From Spirochaetota bacterium (lineage in GTDB: Bacteria > Spirochaetota > Spirochaetia > Treponematales > UBA12059): 64,000 nucleotides of DNA. The notes below the pieces were generated by a model. It was given only the letters and a program-made list of their open reading frames with translations, made no database searches and was not told the DNA's origin. Made by a program: the position numbers and the translations under genes. Position 1 is the first letter of the stretch. Every line of letters starts with the position of its first letter. The stretch spans positions 35,577 through 99,576 of the forward strand of contig JADFDI010000003.1 of the NCBI GenBank assembly GCA_018262985.1. Direction: 5' to 3'. This document shows, in pieces, positions 46,582 to 56,129 of the stretch.

Positions 46582-48243
46582 CTATCGGCTCGGAGCGACC
46601 GGAGGCGCCGAGGCGACGAGGGCTCCGAGGTTCCGCGCGAGGAAGAGCTCGACGAGCTCGGCGTCGAGGCGTCCCGCCGCGGCTTCCTCGCGGAGTATGC
46701 GGGCGCAAAGCTCCGGCGGCAGGGCCTTCTTGTATGGCCGGTCGCTCGCGGACAGGGCGTCCCACACGTCGCAGACGGCCATGACGCGCGATCCGGCGGG
46801 GATGCGGTCTCCCGAAAGACCGCGCGGGTAGCCGGAGCCGTCGAGCATCTCGTGGTGGCACCACGCCAGCTCGGGCACGCGGGAGAGCTCCGGCGGCCAG
46901 GGGATCTTCGAGACGAAGTCGTAGGTGTACTGGGCGTGGGCCTCGACGAGCTTCCGCTCGGCCCTGTTGAGCGAGCCGCGGCGCACGGAGAGGCTTTCCG
47001 CCTCCTCGTCGGTGAGCACCGGCGGCGGCGCCTCGTCGAGCGCGGCAGAGAGCGCCACGGGTACGGTGAGCGAGCGGAGCCGGGCGATCTCGGCGTCGGC
47101 GTCCAGGGCGGTGGGCGAGGGGCTCGCGAGGATGCCCACGAGCTCCTCGGCGGCGAGCAGGGACTCCACGGCGACGGCGGCCTCGGCGCGGGCGTCCGCC
47201 GCCTCGTCGGGGTCGGCGCAGCGAGCCGCCACCCGCGACTCTGCGAGCTCGACGAGCCGGCGGAAGTAGCGGAGGCGAAGCTTGAGGTAGTCCTCGTCGC
47301 GGGGCATGAGCTTGCGGGCCTTGAGCAGGATCGAGCCCTCGACCAGCACCTTGCCGAAGTCGTGGAGCAGGCAGGCGTAGCGAAGCTCGGTCAGGGCGTC
47401 CGCGTCGAAGCGGATGCCGGCCATCGGACCCTCCTCGGTCTCGTGGACGGCGCGGGCCAGGGCGAGCGCCATGCGCGCCACCCGCTCCGAGTGTCCGCGG
47501 GTGGCGGGGTCGCGGGCCTCGATGGCGGCGACGCTGGCGGCCACGAGCGAGTCGAACTGCTCGCGGAGCCGGCGCACCATGCGGCCGTTCTCGAGGGCGA
47601 TGGCGGCCTGGGCGGCGACCGCCTCCATGAGTCCCTCGTAGCGTTTCTTGAACGGCACCACTCGGCGCTCGAAATCGGCCTCGTCCTTGAGCATGACCCG
47701 GTCGGAGGCCCCGTCGCTGTCCTCGCCCGGGGCTTCCTTCGAGTTGATGAGCTGGACCACGCCGAGCACGCGGCCCTTGTGGTCGCGCATGGGCACCACG
47801 AGCATGCTGCGCGTGCGGTAGCCGTAGTCGCGGTCGAAGCCGCGGTTGAAGACGTAAGGTTCGGCGGGGTCGATGTCGTAGACGTCGGGAATGTTGAGCG
47901 TCGCGCCGGTGAGCGCGACGTAGCCCGCGATCGAGCGGCGGTCCGCGGGCATGACGAACTCCTCGTAGGGGAGTTCGCGCGAGTGCGTACGGGTCCAGGC
48001 GAAGCGGAGCAGGTGCCGCTCGCCGTCGTCCTCCACGAGGAAGATCGAGCCGGCGTCCGCGCCGGTGATGTCCATGCTGGCTTCGAGGATGAGGCGGATC
48101 AGCCTGTCCGGATCCTTTTCGGAAGCCAGCGCGCGGCCTATGCCGATCAGGTGGCGCTGGTCCTGGTAGGCGTCGATGAGCTCCGCGATGTCGTTCGCGT
48201 CGAAACGGTCGTCGGCGGAGAGGGAGGCGACGAAGTCGTCCAT
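46582..48243 (-). CDS. GAF-HD-GYP c-di-GMP phosphodiesterase (canonical motifs)
   Basis: 553 aa from MDDFVASLSADD.... A GAF region (GADAGSIFLVEDDGERHLLRF) is followed by HD-GYP with HSERVA, LLHDFGKV, HHEMLDGSGYPRGL and CDVWDAL. Its start overlaps the addA-like stop by 1 nt (TGATG). Confidence 0.85.
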   Translation of the reverse strand: MDDFVASLSADDRFDANDIAELIDAYQDQRHLIGIGRALASEKDPDRLIRLILEASMDITGADAGSIFLVEDDGERHLLRFAWTRTHSRELPYEEFVMPADRRSIAGYVALTGATLNIPDVYDIDPAEPYVFNRGFDRDYGYRTRSMLVVPMRDHKGRVLGVVQLINSKEAPGEDSDGASDRVMLKDEADFERRVVPFKKRYEGLMEAVAAQAAIALENGRMVRRLREQFDSLVAASVAAIEARDPATRGHSERVARMALALARAVHETEEGPMAGIRFDADALTELRYACLLHDFGKVLVEGSILLKARKLMPRDEDYLKLRLRYFRRLVELAESRVAARCADPDEAADARAEAAVAVESLLAAEELVGILASPSPTALDADAEIARLRSLTVPVALSAALDEAPPPVLTDEEAESLSVRRGSLNRAERKLVEAHAQYTYDFVSKIPWPPELSRVPELAWCHHEMLDGSGYPRGLSGDRIPAGSRVMAVCDVWDALSASDRPYKKALPPELCARILREEAAAGRLDAELVELFLARNLGALVASAPPVAPSR

Positions 48244-51200
48244 CAGGCCTCCATGCCGAGCTCCCGGAGCTCGCCGTCCGGAGGAAGCTCCTCCGGGCCG
48301 CGGGGACCGAAGCCGAAACGACGGGGTTCCGGCGCGGGCGCGCCGGACGCGATCAGGAACGCCGGCGCGAGCACGGGGATCGCGCGGCCTCCGCCATGAA
48401 GATAGAAGATCCAGGCCTCGCACTCAAGGCCGTGGATGGCGGCGACGGCCTCGCGGTAGCAGGAGAGCTGGGCCTCGTGGCGGAGGGGATCGAGGGAGCG
48501 GTCGGTCTTGTAGTCGACCAGCACGGCGCGTCGGGCGCCGTCGGCCCCTTCTTCGACGAACACCAGGTCGGCGACGCCGCGCGCCACGGCGCCGTCGTCG
48601 AGCCGCACGAGCAGGCGGAGCTCGGTCTCGCGCTCGCCGGCGGCTTCGGCGCGTCGCCCGAGCGGCGAGGTAAGGAAGGTCGAGGCCAGCGCGCGCGCGC
48701 GGGCGAGGGCCAGCTCGCGGCGCTCGCCCGCGCCCAGGGCGGCCTCGACCGCCGGCGGGAAGGGCGCGTCGGCGGCCGGCGCGCCGGGGGACAGAGCCCG
48801 CTCGAGGATCGCGTGCACCAGGGTTCCCCATGCTTCCGGGGGAAAGCCGGAAGGCTCGGCGTGGGCCTTGTCGACGGCGAGGGGCTCGAGCTCCGTCCCC
48901 GCCGTCCCCGCCGGGACGGCCGCGTGCGCCAGCGCCGTCACCGAAAAGAAGGCGGGGGCGGCGGCATGCGCGACCCGGCTCGCGTCCCGCGCGGCCTCCT
49001 CGAGGCCGGCCCGCGCGCGCGCCTTTCCGGCCCCGCGGGCGGAGGAGCCGCGGAGGAGGGCGCGGTAGTCGTCGTCCCCGCGATCGCGCATGGCCTTGAG
49101 CGCGACGCCGGCCGGATGGCGGAAGACCTCTCCCGGCCCGGGAAAGTCCGGGCTCGCGAGAGGTTCGAGCGCTGAGCGGAGCATCGCGCGGAAGGACGAG
49201 GAGGACGCCCTGCCCGGCGCCCGCGAGAAGAAGACGAGGCGGGTCTCGGCGCGCGTGCAGGCGACGTAGAACAGGCGCTTGAGCTCCGCCGCGCGCTTCG
49301 CGTCGCGGTCGGCCTTGCCGGCGGCGAAAAGGAGGTCGCCGCGGCGCTTGGGATCCTCCTCGCCCGGCGCGAGCTTCAAGGTGACAAGGCCGTCCCCGCC
49401 GGAGTTCCAGGGACCGGCCGCCTCGCGCCTGCCTGAGTTCGCGAGGTCGACGACGACGGCCACGGGGAATTCCAGGCCCTTGGCCTTGTGGATGGTCATG
49501 ATGCGGACGCCCTTGGTTTCCTCGCGCTGGTAGGCGGCTTCGTCGAGCTTGCGGACCGAGCCGAGCTCGCCCGCCCAGGCGGCCGTGAACGCGGGGGCGT
49601 CGAGCCCGGCCCGATCCGCCTGGACCGCGAGGGCGTAGAGGGCCTCGAAGTGCTCCTCGAAGGCGCGGGCGCCGGGGCTGGCCAGGAGCGACGCGCGGTA
49701 GCCGCGCTCGTACCAGAGGTACGAGAGCATTCGGGCGATCGTCGCCGTGCCGGTCATGGCCCGTAGGGCCGACCAGGTTTCGCGGGCGGATGCGTAGCGG
49801 TCGCGGTCCCCGGGGTCGGCGAACGCCTCGGGCGGGGCTTCGAAGGCCTCGCCGTACGCGAAGCGGCCGTCCGCGCTTTCCTTGCCCCAGGCGAGGGCTT
49901 CCGCGAACGCGTCGTCGGAAAGGCGGGCGAAGGGCGAGCGCAGGAAGGCGGCGTAGGCGCGCCGGTCCGCGGGCCGGACCGCCAGGGTCAGCGCGAGGAG
50001 GAGGTCCGAGGCCGGCGCCTCGGAGAAGAGGCCGCAGACGCTCTCGGGAGCGTAGGGAACCCCGAGCATCCTCAGGTACTTTTCCAACAGGGCCTGGGAG
50101 CTCGTGCTCCGCTCCAGAATGGCGAAGTCATCCCAGGCGGCGCGACGGGCCGTCCCGGTCTCCCGGTCGGCCACCAGGAACGAGGGATCGGCCACGGAGT
50201 CGCGTATCCACTCGGCCACGGCCCAGGCCTCCACCTCCGCGCGCGGCAGGAAGCCGTCGAGCTCCTCGTCGCGCGCGAGCTCGAACCATTCCACGCCGCT
50301 CGAGACGCCCTCGATGGGGGCGCGGGCGACCAGGGGCTCGAAGCGGGCTTCGTGCGGGGACGCGGCCCCGGCCATGAGCGGACCGAACACGGCGTTGAAG
50401 AAGGCCACCAGCGCGGGCTCGGAGCGCCAGTTGGACTTGAGCGGGACGAGCCGGTCCTTGCTCGCCTCCGGTTCGTGGGGGGGACAGAGCTCGAGTTCGG
50501 CCGAAAGTCCCCGGAAGACCGACACGTCGGCGCCGCGGAACAGGTAGATGCTCTGCTTCTCGTCGCCCACGAAGAAGAGCTTGTCGGGCTCCAGGTCCTC
50601 CGCCCGCGGCATGCCCGGCTCGAAGCGTCCGAGCCGTTCGGCGACGAGGTAAAGGATGTCCTTCTGGAGCTCGTCGTCGTCCTGGAACTCGTCCACCATG
50701 ACGTAGCGGTATCGCTCCTTGAGAAGTTGCCTGAGCGGCGGATCCTCCGCGAGCAGGCGGCGGGCCATGCCGGCGACGTCGCGGAAGGTGACGATTCCCG
50801 CCGCGCGCCGCGCCTCCAGGACCCGTCCGGCGAAATCTTCGAGCAGGCGGTAGACGGGCGCGAGGTCCGGCACGCCGCGGAGGACGGCGATGGCCTCGAG
50901 CGAGTCGCGGGCGGCGTCCTTGACCTCGGTCCAGCGATCCGACAGGTGCTCGGCCAGGCTGCCCTGGAGGTTCGAACCGGGCTTCCGGAGCGAGCCGCAG
51001 TCTTCGAGCGCCGCCTGGCGCGACGGATCGGGGTTCCAGGGTTCCGGCGGAACGGTCGAGAGCCGGGAGAGGGCCTCGAACGGCTTGCGGACGCTCGACC
51101 GGCCGTCGCCGTCGTCGACGGAGGCGGCGGCCGCGGCCTCGTCCGCGAGGAAGTCGGCGAGGCCGGCGAGCTTGGCCTTCAAGCCCGCCTCGATGCGGGA

Positions 51201-51818
51201 CGGCATGGAGGAAAAGCCCGGATCGTCCGCGAGGGTCAGGCGCCTCGTCGCGAGGTCCGCGAGCAGGCCTTCCACCGCGCCGCCGAAGCCGTTCGCCGCG
51301 ACCAGCCGGCGGAGCGAAGGGTCGGTCCGGCGTTCCAGGGCGAAGGCGAGGGCCTCGTCCGCGGCGAGCCGTCCGGCCTCGTCGTCGTCTAGCGCGAAGT
51401 CGGGCGCGAGGCCGAAGCGGTAGGCGCCTTGACGGGCCACGTCCCCGGCGAAGGAGTCGAAGGTGACGATGCGCGCCTGTCCGAAGCGCTCGACGCAGTC
51501 GTCGAGATGGCCGGCCAGTTCCGCGTCGTCCCGCGCGCGCGCGCGAGTCGCCGCGTCGAGCAGCGCCGCGAAGATGCGTCCGTACATCTCCGAGCGGGCC
51601 TTGTTGGTGAAGGTGAGCGCGAGCACGTTGCGCACGTGGACCCGGGAGCCGTCCGGCATGCGGCCGGTCTCCACGAGGTCGACGTAGCGCGCGGCCAGCA
51701 CCGTCGTCTTGCCGGAGCCGGCGCCCGCGGCGACCACCACGTTGCGCCTCGCGAGCGCGGCCTCGCGCTGCTCGTCCGAGAGGTCTTCGACGCGTTTCGC
51801 GGCTTTCGTCGCGCTCAT
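48243..51818 (-). CDS. addA: AddA/PcrA-UvrD-like helicase with a C-terminal PD-(D/E)XK nuclease
   Basis: 1191 aa from MSATKAAKRVEDLSDEQREAALARRNVVVAAGAGSGKTTVL (Walker A). UvrD helicase motifs are present (LTFTNKA, VDEFQDDD, TIHKAKGLEF). The nuclease motif is GVADLVF...VLVDYKTD. This is the C-terminal part of track ORF 48243..54068. Confidence 0.85.
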   Translation of the reverse strand: MSATKAAKRVEDLSDEQREAALARRNVVVAAGAGSGKTTVLAARYVDLVETGRMPDGSRVHVRNVLALTFTNKARSEMYGRIFAALLDAATRARARDDAELAGHLDDCVERFGQARIVTFDSFAGDVARQGAYRFGLAPDFALDDDEAGRLAADEALAFALERRTDPSLRRLVAANGFGGAVEGLLADLATRRLTLADDPGFSSMPSRIEAGLKAKLAGLADFLADEAAAAASVDDGDGRSSVRKPFEALSRLSTVPPEPWNPDPSRQAALEDCGSLRKPGSNLQGSLAEHLSDRWTEVKDAARDSLEAIAVLRGVPDLAPVYRLLEDFAGRVLEARRAAGIVTFRDVAGMARRLLAEDPPLRQLLKERYRYVMVDEFQDDDELQKDILYLVAERLGRFEPGMPRAEDLEPDKLFFVGDEKQSIYLFRGADVSVFRGLSAELELCPPHEPEASKDRLVPLKSNWRSEPALVAFFNAVFGPLMAGAASPHEARFEPLVARAPIEGVSSGVEWFELARDEELDGFLPRAEVEAWAVAEWIRDSVADPSFLVADRETGTARRAAWDDFAILERSTSSQALLEKYLRMLGVPYAPESVCGLFSEAPASDLLLALTLAVRPADRRAYAAFLRSPFARLSDDAFAEALAWGKESADGRFAYGEAFEAPPEAFADPGDRDRYASARETWSALRAMTGTATIARMLSYLWYERGYRASLLASPGARAFEEHFEALYALAVQADRAGLDAPAFTAAWAGELGSVRKLDEAAYQREETKGVRIMTIHKAKGLEFPVAVVVDLANSGRREAAGPWNSGGDGLVTLKLAPGEEDPKRRGDLLFAAGKADRDAKRAAELKRLFYVACTRAETRLVFFSRAPGRASSSSFRAMLRSALEPLASPDFPGPGEVFRHPAGVALKAMRDRGDDDYRALLRGSSARGAGKARARAGLEEAARDASRVAHAAAPAFFSVTALAHAAVPAGTAGTELEPLAVDKAHAEPSGFPPEAWGTLVHAILERALSPGAPAADAPFPPAVEAALGAGERRELALARARALASTFLTSPLGRRAEAAGERETELRLLVRLDDGAVARGVADLVFVEEGADGARRAVLVDYKTDRSLDPLRHEAQLSCYREAVAAIHGLECEAWIFYLHGGGRAIPVLAPAFLIASGAPAPEPRRFGFGPRGPEELPPDGELRELGMEA

Positions 51819-54628
51819 GAGGCTTCTCCTTCGTCGCCGCCCTGTCCGTCGAACAGCCGGAGCCGCCGGTCCGCGTCGTCGCCCACGCGGGCGGCGTAGC
51901 GTTCGCGGCAGACCGGCCGGATCCGGCAGCCCTTGCAGGTCTCGTCCTGGTCCGACGGATCGGGCATGGGATAGAGCCCCGCGCGGAGTCCCTTCGCGGT
52001 GGCCGCCAGGGCCGCTCCGAACGCCTCGCGGACGGACTCCAGCTCGGCCGGGGGAACGGCGGCGTCGGGACCGTCGCCGAGGGCGCAGCGGAAATCGCCC
52101 GCCTTCGTGCCGGAAGTCCCCTCGACGCTGGCGTACCAAGCGCTCGCGAGCGCGAGCCCGTCCGCTTCGACCAGGGCCTGGTAGGCGGGCATCTGCGCTT
52201 CGCCGAGCCTGAGCGATCCATCTTCGCGCGCCTCGCCCCGCACCGAGTCCTTGGACGGAAGCCCGGACTTCTTGTAGTCGACGATGACCGCCTTCCCGTC
52301 CTTGAGCTGGACCCGGTCGAGGCGGCCCGAGAGCTTGACGCGCTCGGCGTCGACGCGGAGGGTGCGTTCCTTCTCCACGTCCAGCACCTCGAGGTTCGCG
52401 AAGTAGCCCGAACCCGCCTCGAGCTCGGCGTCGAGCAGGGAGAGGACGTACCATTCGACGCGAGCCGCGAGCGCCTCGAGGACGGCGAGGGCGAAGGGGC
52501 CGGAGCGTTCGGCCGAGCGGACGAAGCCGAGCGAGATGGCTTCGGGAATCCAGGCGCGGTACTCGGCCAGCCGTTCCGGTCGGAAGGCGCCGTGCTCCGC
52601 CTTGACGCGCTTCCAGAACGCCTCGAGCGCCGCGTGATAGACCTCGCCGAGGAAGCGGTCGTCCGCGAAGTCGATGCCCGTCGCTTCCGGCTCGGCCTGG
52701 AGCAGGCGCGAGCAGAGGGTGGCGAAGCCGCAGGTCGCGTACTCGTCCATGGTGGAAGGGTCGAGGCGGAGCCAGGGAGCGCCGCCTGCGTCGTCGTCCT
52801 CCAGCCTGCGCGAGATCGCGCCGGCCGCCGCCCGCGGACCCAGGCTGCCCGGGAGGACCTTGGCGCGCCGGGCGAGGCCGGTCCTCGCGGCGGCGGCGAG
52901 TCCGGACGCGAGCGGATCGGACAGGATGGAGGGCGAGTCGCGTTCGCCCGAGAGCCAGGCCTCCTCGTCGCGACGGCAGTCCGGGGCGTCGACGCCCTCG
53001 GGAGCCCGAGTCGCGACCGCGCGGCGCAACAGGGCGCCGTGGGGCGCCTGGTCGCCGCGCGCGCCTCGGGGCGGACAGGAAAAATACGCCCGGTCCGCGC
53101 ACGCGGCGTAGGCGGCCAGGAAGTCCGCGCTCGCGTCGAGGTCCTCCGCGCCGAGCCCGGCGCGGAGGTCGTCTCGCAGGAAGGCGAGCCTGGAGTAGAT
53201 GACTTCGGCGGAGTCGAGGGAGGCGCCGAGCAGGTAATGGCGAGCGAAGCGCGCGCCGGCCGCGAGGCGCCACGGGAAGACCCGCACCCCGGCGCCCGAG
53301 GCCGCGCTGACGTAGACGGTGCCCTCGAGCCTCCGCAGGAAGAGGCGGAAGGGATCCGGACCGGGGCCGCCCGCGAGGGCCGCCGCCAGGTCGAGTTCCC
53401 GGAGCTCGGCGACGCAACGGGCGGCGACGGCGTCCGCGACCGGGTCCCAGCCTTCGTCGGAGAGGTAGGTGTTGCGGAACGCCATCCAGGCCTCCGCGAT
53501 GGCCGCGTAGTCCTTCGCGTTCGCGATGCGCCGCGCGGACTCGCGGATCCGCCGCCAGCCTTCGGTCGCCTCGGGCGAGCCGCGGAGGGCTTCCTCCCAC
53601 GGATCGCGCTCGCGGCCGTCCTGGGTCCAGGGCGCGACCGCGTGCCGCTCGATGCCGCGCCTCAGGATGGCGCGCACGAGCCCCGGGTTCTTCCACGGCA
53701 GGGCCTCGTCGGAGAGGAGCGAGGCCACCGCCGCTCCGGACCAGCGACTCGAGGCGGCCTCGCCGATTTCCGCGAAGAAGCGCCCGCCCGGCAGCGAGGC
53801 GAGGGGCATCCCCGCCCGCACGTCGAGCGGGATGCCGAGCAGCTCCGCCTCGCGTTCGAGCCAGGGGCGGGAATGCTCCAGATCCGCGACGCTGAGCGCC
53901 AGCTCGGCGGCCGGGATTCCGCTCTCGAGGTCGAGGGCGAGCGCGCGGAGGGTTCCGCGGATTTCGGCGAGCGCGGAGCTCCGTTCCACGAAGGGGAGCG
54001 GCGGACGGGACTGCTCCGGGGGGGGCTGCAGGATTTCGATCCCGGCCGCCTCGAGCGCCGGTTTCCACGCCGAGAAGTCCTCGACCAGGTCGGGCAGGAA
54101 CACCATGGCCTTGCCTGGGTGCGAAAACTCGCCGGAAGGCACCCAGGCGCCGTCGCGGAGATTCCGCTCCGTCAGGAACCCTTCGTAGGCGGCGGCGATC
54201 CCGGCCCAGTCGGCGAGCGCGCCGCGCGCCTCGGGCGCGCTGAAGCCCCGCGACGGGGCGAGGGGGGCGAGCTCGGCCAGGCGCGATGCGATCCAGGGCG
54301 CCAGCGCGGGCGAGGTCGCGGCCGCCCGTTCAGGCGAGGCGATCGTGGACAGGAAAGGCGACTCCGCGTTCCTCCTCATCAGTTCCGCGGCGAATATCTC
54401 GCGGATACGATCGTCCACCGGCTTCTCCCCGGCGCGATCCGGCCGAAGGGAAGCGCGGAACTCGTCCCAACCCAGGAAGCGGTCCGCGCGGACCGCGCGC
54501 AGGCCCGAGCGCGCCAGGGCCCGCGCCGCGCGGTTTTCCGCCACCACGGCGCTCGGGAACACGAACCGGGTCGCGCCGTCGCCTATCCTTACCGCCACCG
54601 CCTCGTCGATCCAGTCGAATTCCGTCAT
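51815..54628 (-). CDS. addB: AddB-like PD-(D/E)XK nuclease subunit with a C-terminal Cys cluster
   Basis: 937 aa from MTEFDWIDEAV.... The C-terminal nuclease motif is GRLDRV...VIVDYKKSG, and the cysteines (ATCGFATLC ... CKGCRIRPVC) resemble the AddB/Cas4-type Fe-S arrangement. An ATGA overlap links it to addA. The upstream part of track ORF 51815..54847 runs into the repeat array and is rejected. Confidence 0.75.
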   Translation of the reverse strand: MTEFDWIDEAVAVRIGDGATRFVFPSAVVAENRAARALARSGLRAVRADRFLGWDEFRASLRPDRAGEKPVDDRIREIFAAELMRRNAESPFLSTIASPERAAATSPALAPWIASRLAELAPLAPSRGFSAPEARGALADWAGIAAAYEGFLTERNLRDGAWVPSGEFSHPGKAMVFLPDLVEDFSAWKPALEAAGIEILQPPPEQSRPPLPFVERSSALAEIRGTLRALALDLESGIPAAELALSVADLEHSRPWLEREAELLGIPLDVRAGMPLASLPGGRFFAEIGEAASSRWSGAAVASLLSDEALPWKNPGLVRAILRRGIERHAVAPWTQDGRERDPWEEALRGSPEATEGWRRIRESARRIANAKDYAAIAEAWMAFRNTYLSDEGWDPVADAVAARCVAELRELDLAAALAGGPGPDPFRLFLRRLEGTVYVSAASGAGVRVFPWRLAAGARFARHYLLGASLDSAEVIYSRLAFLRDDLRAGLGAEDLDASADFLAAYAACADRAYFSCPPRGARGDQAPHGALLRRAVATRAPEGVDAPDCRRDEEAWLSGERDSPSILSDPLASGLAAAARTGLARRAKVLPGSLGPRAAAGAISRRLEDDDAGGAPWLRLDPSTMDEYATCGFATLCSRLLQAEPEATGIDFADDRFLGEVYHAALEAFWKRVKAEHGAFRPERLAEYRAWIPEAISLGFVRSAERSGPFALAVLEALAARVEWYVLSLLDAELEAGSGYFANLEVLDVEKERTLRVDAERVKLSGRLDRVQLKDGKAVIVDYKKSGLPSKDSVRGEAREDGSLRLGEAQMPAYQALVEADGLALASAWYASVEGTSGTKAGDFRCALGDGPDAAVPPAELESVREAFGAALAATAKGLRAGLYPMPDPSDQDETCKGCRIRPVCRERYAARVGDDADRRLRLFDGQGGDEGEAS

Positions 54629-54682
54629 GGTAGCGGCAGTATAGAACAAAAGCGGCCCGCGCTCCTCAGCGAAAATCGGATT

Positions 54683-54921
54683 GCGGCCCGAGTTCGAGCT
54701 CTGTCCCCCGCGTCCGAGCGGCCCGAGCTCTGTCCCTTTCGGTCCGCGGCCCGAGTTCGAGCCCTGTCCCCCGCGTCCGAGCGGCCCGAGCTCTGTCCCT
54801 TTCGGTTCCGCGGCCCGAGCTCTGTCCCTATCGGTTCGACGGCCCAACCTCTGTCCCTCGCGTCCGAGCGGCCCGAGCTCTGTCCCTTTCGGTTCCGCGG
54901 CCCGAGCTCTGTCCCCCGCGG
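54683..54921. repeat. Tandem array of 8 copies of the core GCGGCCCGAGCTCTGTCCC (28-35-bp units; the first four form a 63-bp higher-order repeat)
   Basis: Cores begin at approximately 54683, 54718, 54746, 54781, 54810, 54840, 54868 and 54897. The array fills the divergent intergenic region between the addB-like gene and the amidase gene. Confidence 0.95.
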
Positions 54922-54953
54922 AGGCGAATTGGACGTCGCGAGCTCGCGGGTGG

Positions 54954-54959
54954 TACTAT
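54954..54959 (+). promoter_or_regulatory. -10 element of the amidase gene, leaderless arrangement
   Basis: TACTAT (54954-59), 6 nt, ATG (54966). A weak -35, TTGGAC, lies 19 nt upstream. Confidence 0.4.
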
Positions 54960-54965
54960 CGAGTC

Positions 54966-56129
54966 ATGGCCATGGAGAATCGAATCCGGCGCGACGGGAC
55001 GTACCGGGCGCCTCCTCCCGCCCCGGGGCGGGATGCCTGTCCGGCGTGTCGGGCCCGGCCGGCGCTCGTCGCCGCGGTTTCGGCGCTCGCGGTGGCCGCG
55101 ACGCTCTTCGTGGCCGTCCCCGCCGCGCGGCTGGATCTTGCGCCCGGGCGCCCGACTGGCAGCCCTGTGGACGCCAGTCCCGCCTGGGTCGGGTTCACGC
55201 CCGCCTTCGAACCGCTCGAGGGTCCGATCAGGATCGGCCTGCAGCCCGGCCACTGGAAGATCGAGGAACTGCCGGATGAGCTCGCCAGGCTCAGGACGAG
55301 CACCGGCGCCGCGTGGGGGCGGCTCCGCGAACTCGATCTCAACCTCGCAGTGGTCCGGGACCTCGCCGCGAGGCTGGAGAAGCGCGGCTTCGCGGTCGAC
55401 GTCGTACCGGCTACCGTGCCTCCCGGCTACCGGGCGGACCTCTTCATCTCGGTCCACGCCGACCGGAGCGACCTGCCGCTGCGCTCGGGCTGGAAGCTCG
55501 CCCCGCCCTGGCGGGCGAGCGCCTGGTCCGTCATGCTCGCGGAAGCCTTGTCCGCGGCTTTCGCCTCCTCGGGCCTGCCGCTCGACGCCCTCGGGGTGAC
55601 GGACAACATGCGCGGCTACTTCGGCTTCTCGTGGCGGCGGTACGAGCACGCGCTTTCGCCCTACACGCCGGCGGCGCTCGTCGAGCTCGGCTTCCTGGGG
55701 AACGCGGCGGACCGCGAGCGCCTGCGCGACAGGCCGGGCTTCTACGCGGGCATCCTCGAGAAAGGCATCGACGCGTACCTGGAAGGATACGACCGCGGAA
55801 TACGTTCGGCCTTCGTGCCGACGAATCCGCCGCGGCTCGTGGCGGGCACCTCGGGCGCACGATTGCGCTCCTCGCCGGACCGGGTTTCGGCGATCCTCGA
55901 CGAGCTGGTGCCCGGCCAGCCCGTGACGGTGTTGGCGAGACGCGGCGAATGGTACGAGGCGTGGTTCCCCGAAGCCCGGATGAGCGCCTGGCTTCCGGCT
56001 TCGGAGCTGGCCGGCGCGCCGGGACCGGCGCCGGACTGGACCTTCGTCATCCGGATGAACGAGCGGGCCGCCGCCTCGGTCGACGGCGGTTCGATCAAGG
56101 CTCCCGCGCCACCTCGAGTTCGACCCTGA
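54966..56129 (+). CDS. N-acetylmuramoyl-L-alanine amidase (Amidase_3) with a C-terminal SH3b-like domain
   Basis: 387 aa from MAMENRIRRDG.... It has an N-terminal TM anchor, amidase_3-like DLFISVHAD and ALVELGFLGNAADRE, and SH3-like GARLRSSPD...GQPVTVLARRGEWYEAWFP. Confidence 0.8.
   Translation: MAMENRIRRDGTYRAPPPAPGRDACPACRARPALVAAVSALAVAATLFVAVPAARLDLAPGRPTGSPVDASPAWVGFTPAFEPLEGPIRIGLQPGHWKIEELPDELARLRTSTGAAWGRLRELDLNLAVVRDLAARLEKRGFAVDVVPATVPPGYRADLFISVHADRSDLPLRSGWKLAPPWRASAWSVMLAEALSAAFASSGLPLDALGVTDNMRGYFGFSWRRYEHALSPYTPAALVELGFLGNAADRERLRDRPGFYAGILEKGIDAYLEGYDRGIRSAFVPTNPPRLVAGTSGARLRSSPDRVSAILDELVPGQPVTVLARRGEWYEAWFPEARMSAWLPASELAGAPGPAPDWTFVIRMNERAAASVDGGSIKAPAPPRVRP

Noticed and set aside
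54629-54847. N-terminal extension of the addB-like ORF (track start 54847), giving a repetitive GTELGPLGRGGQ peptide.
   Set aside because: The extension is simply the translation of the intergenic tandem array. A -10 element (TATACT) lies downstream of it, just before ATG 54628, and homologous nuclease-subunit sequence begins at MTEFDW.
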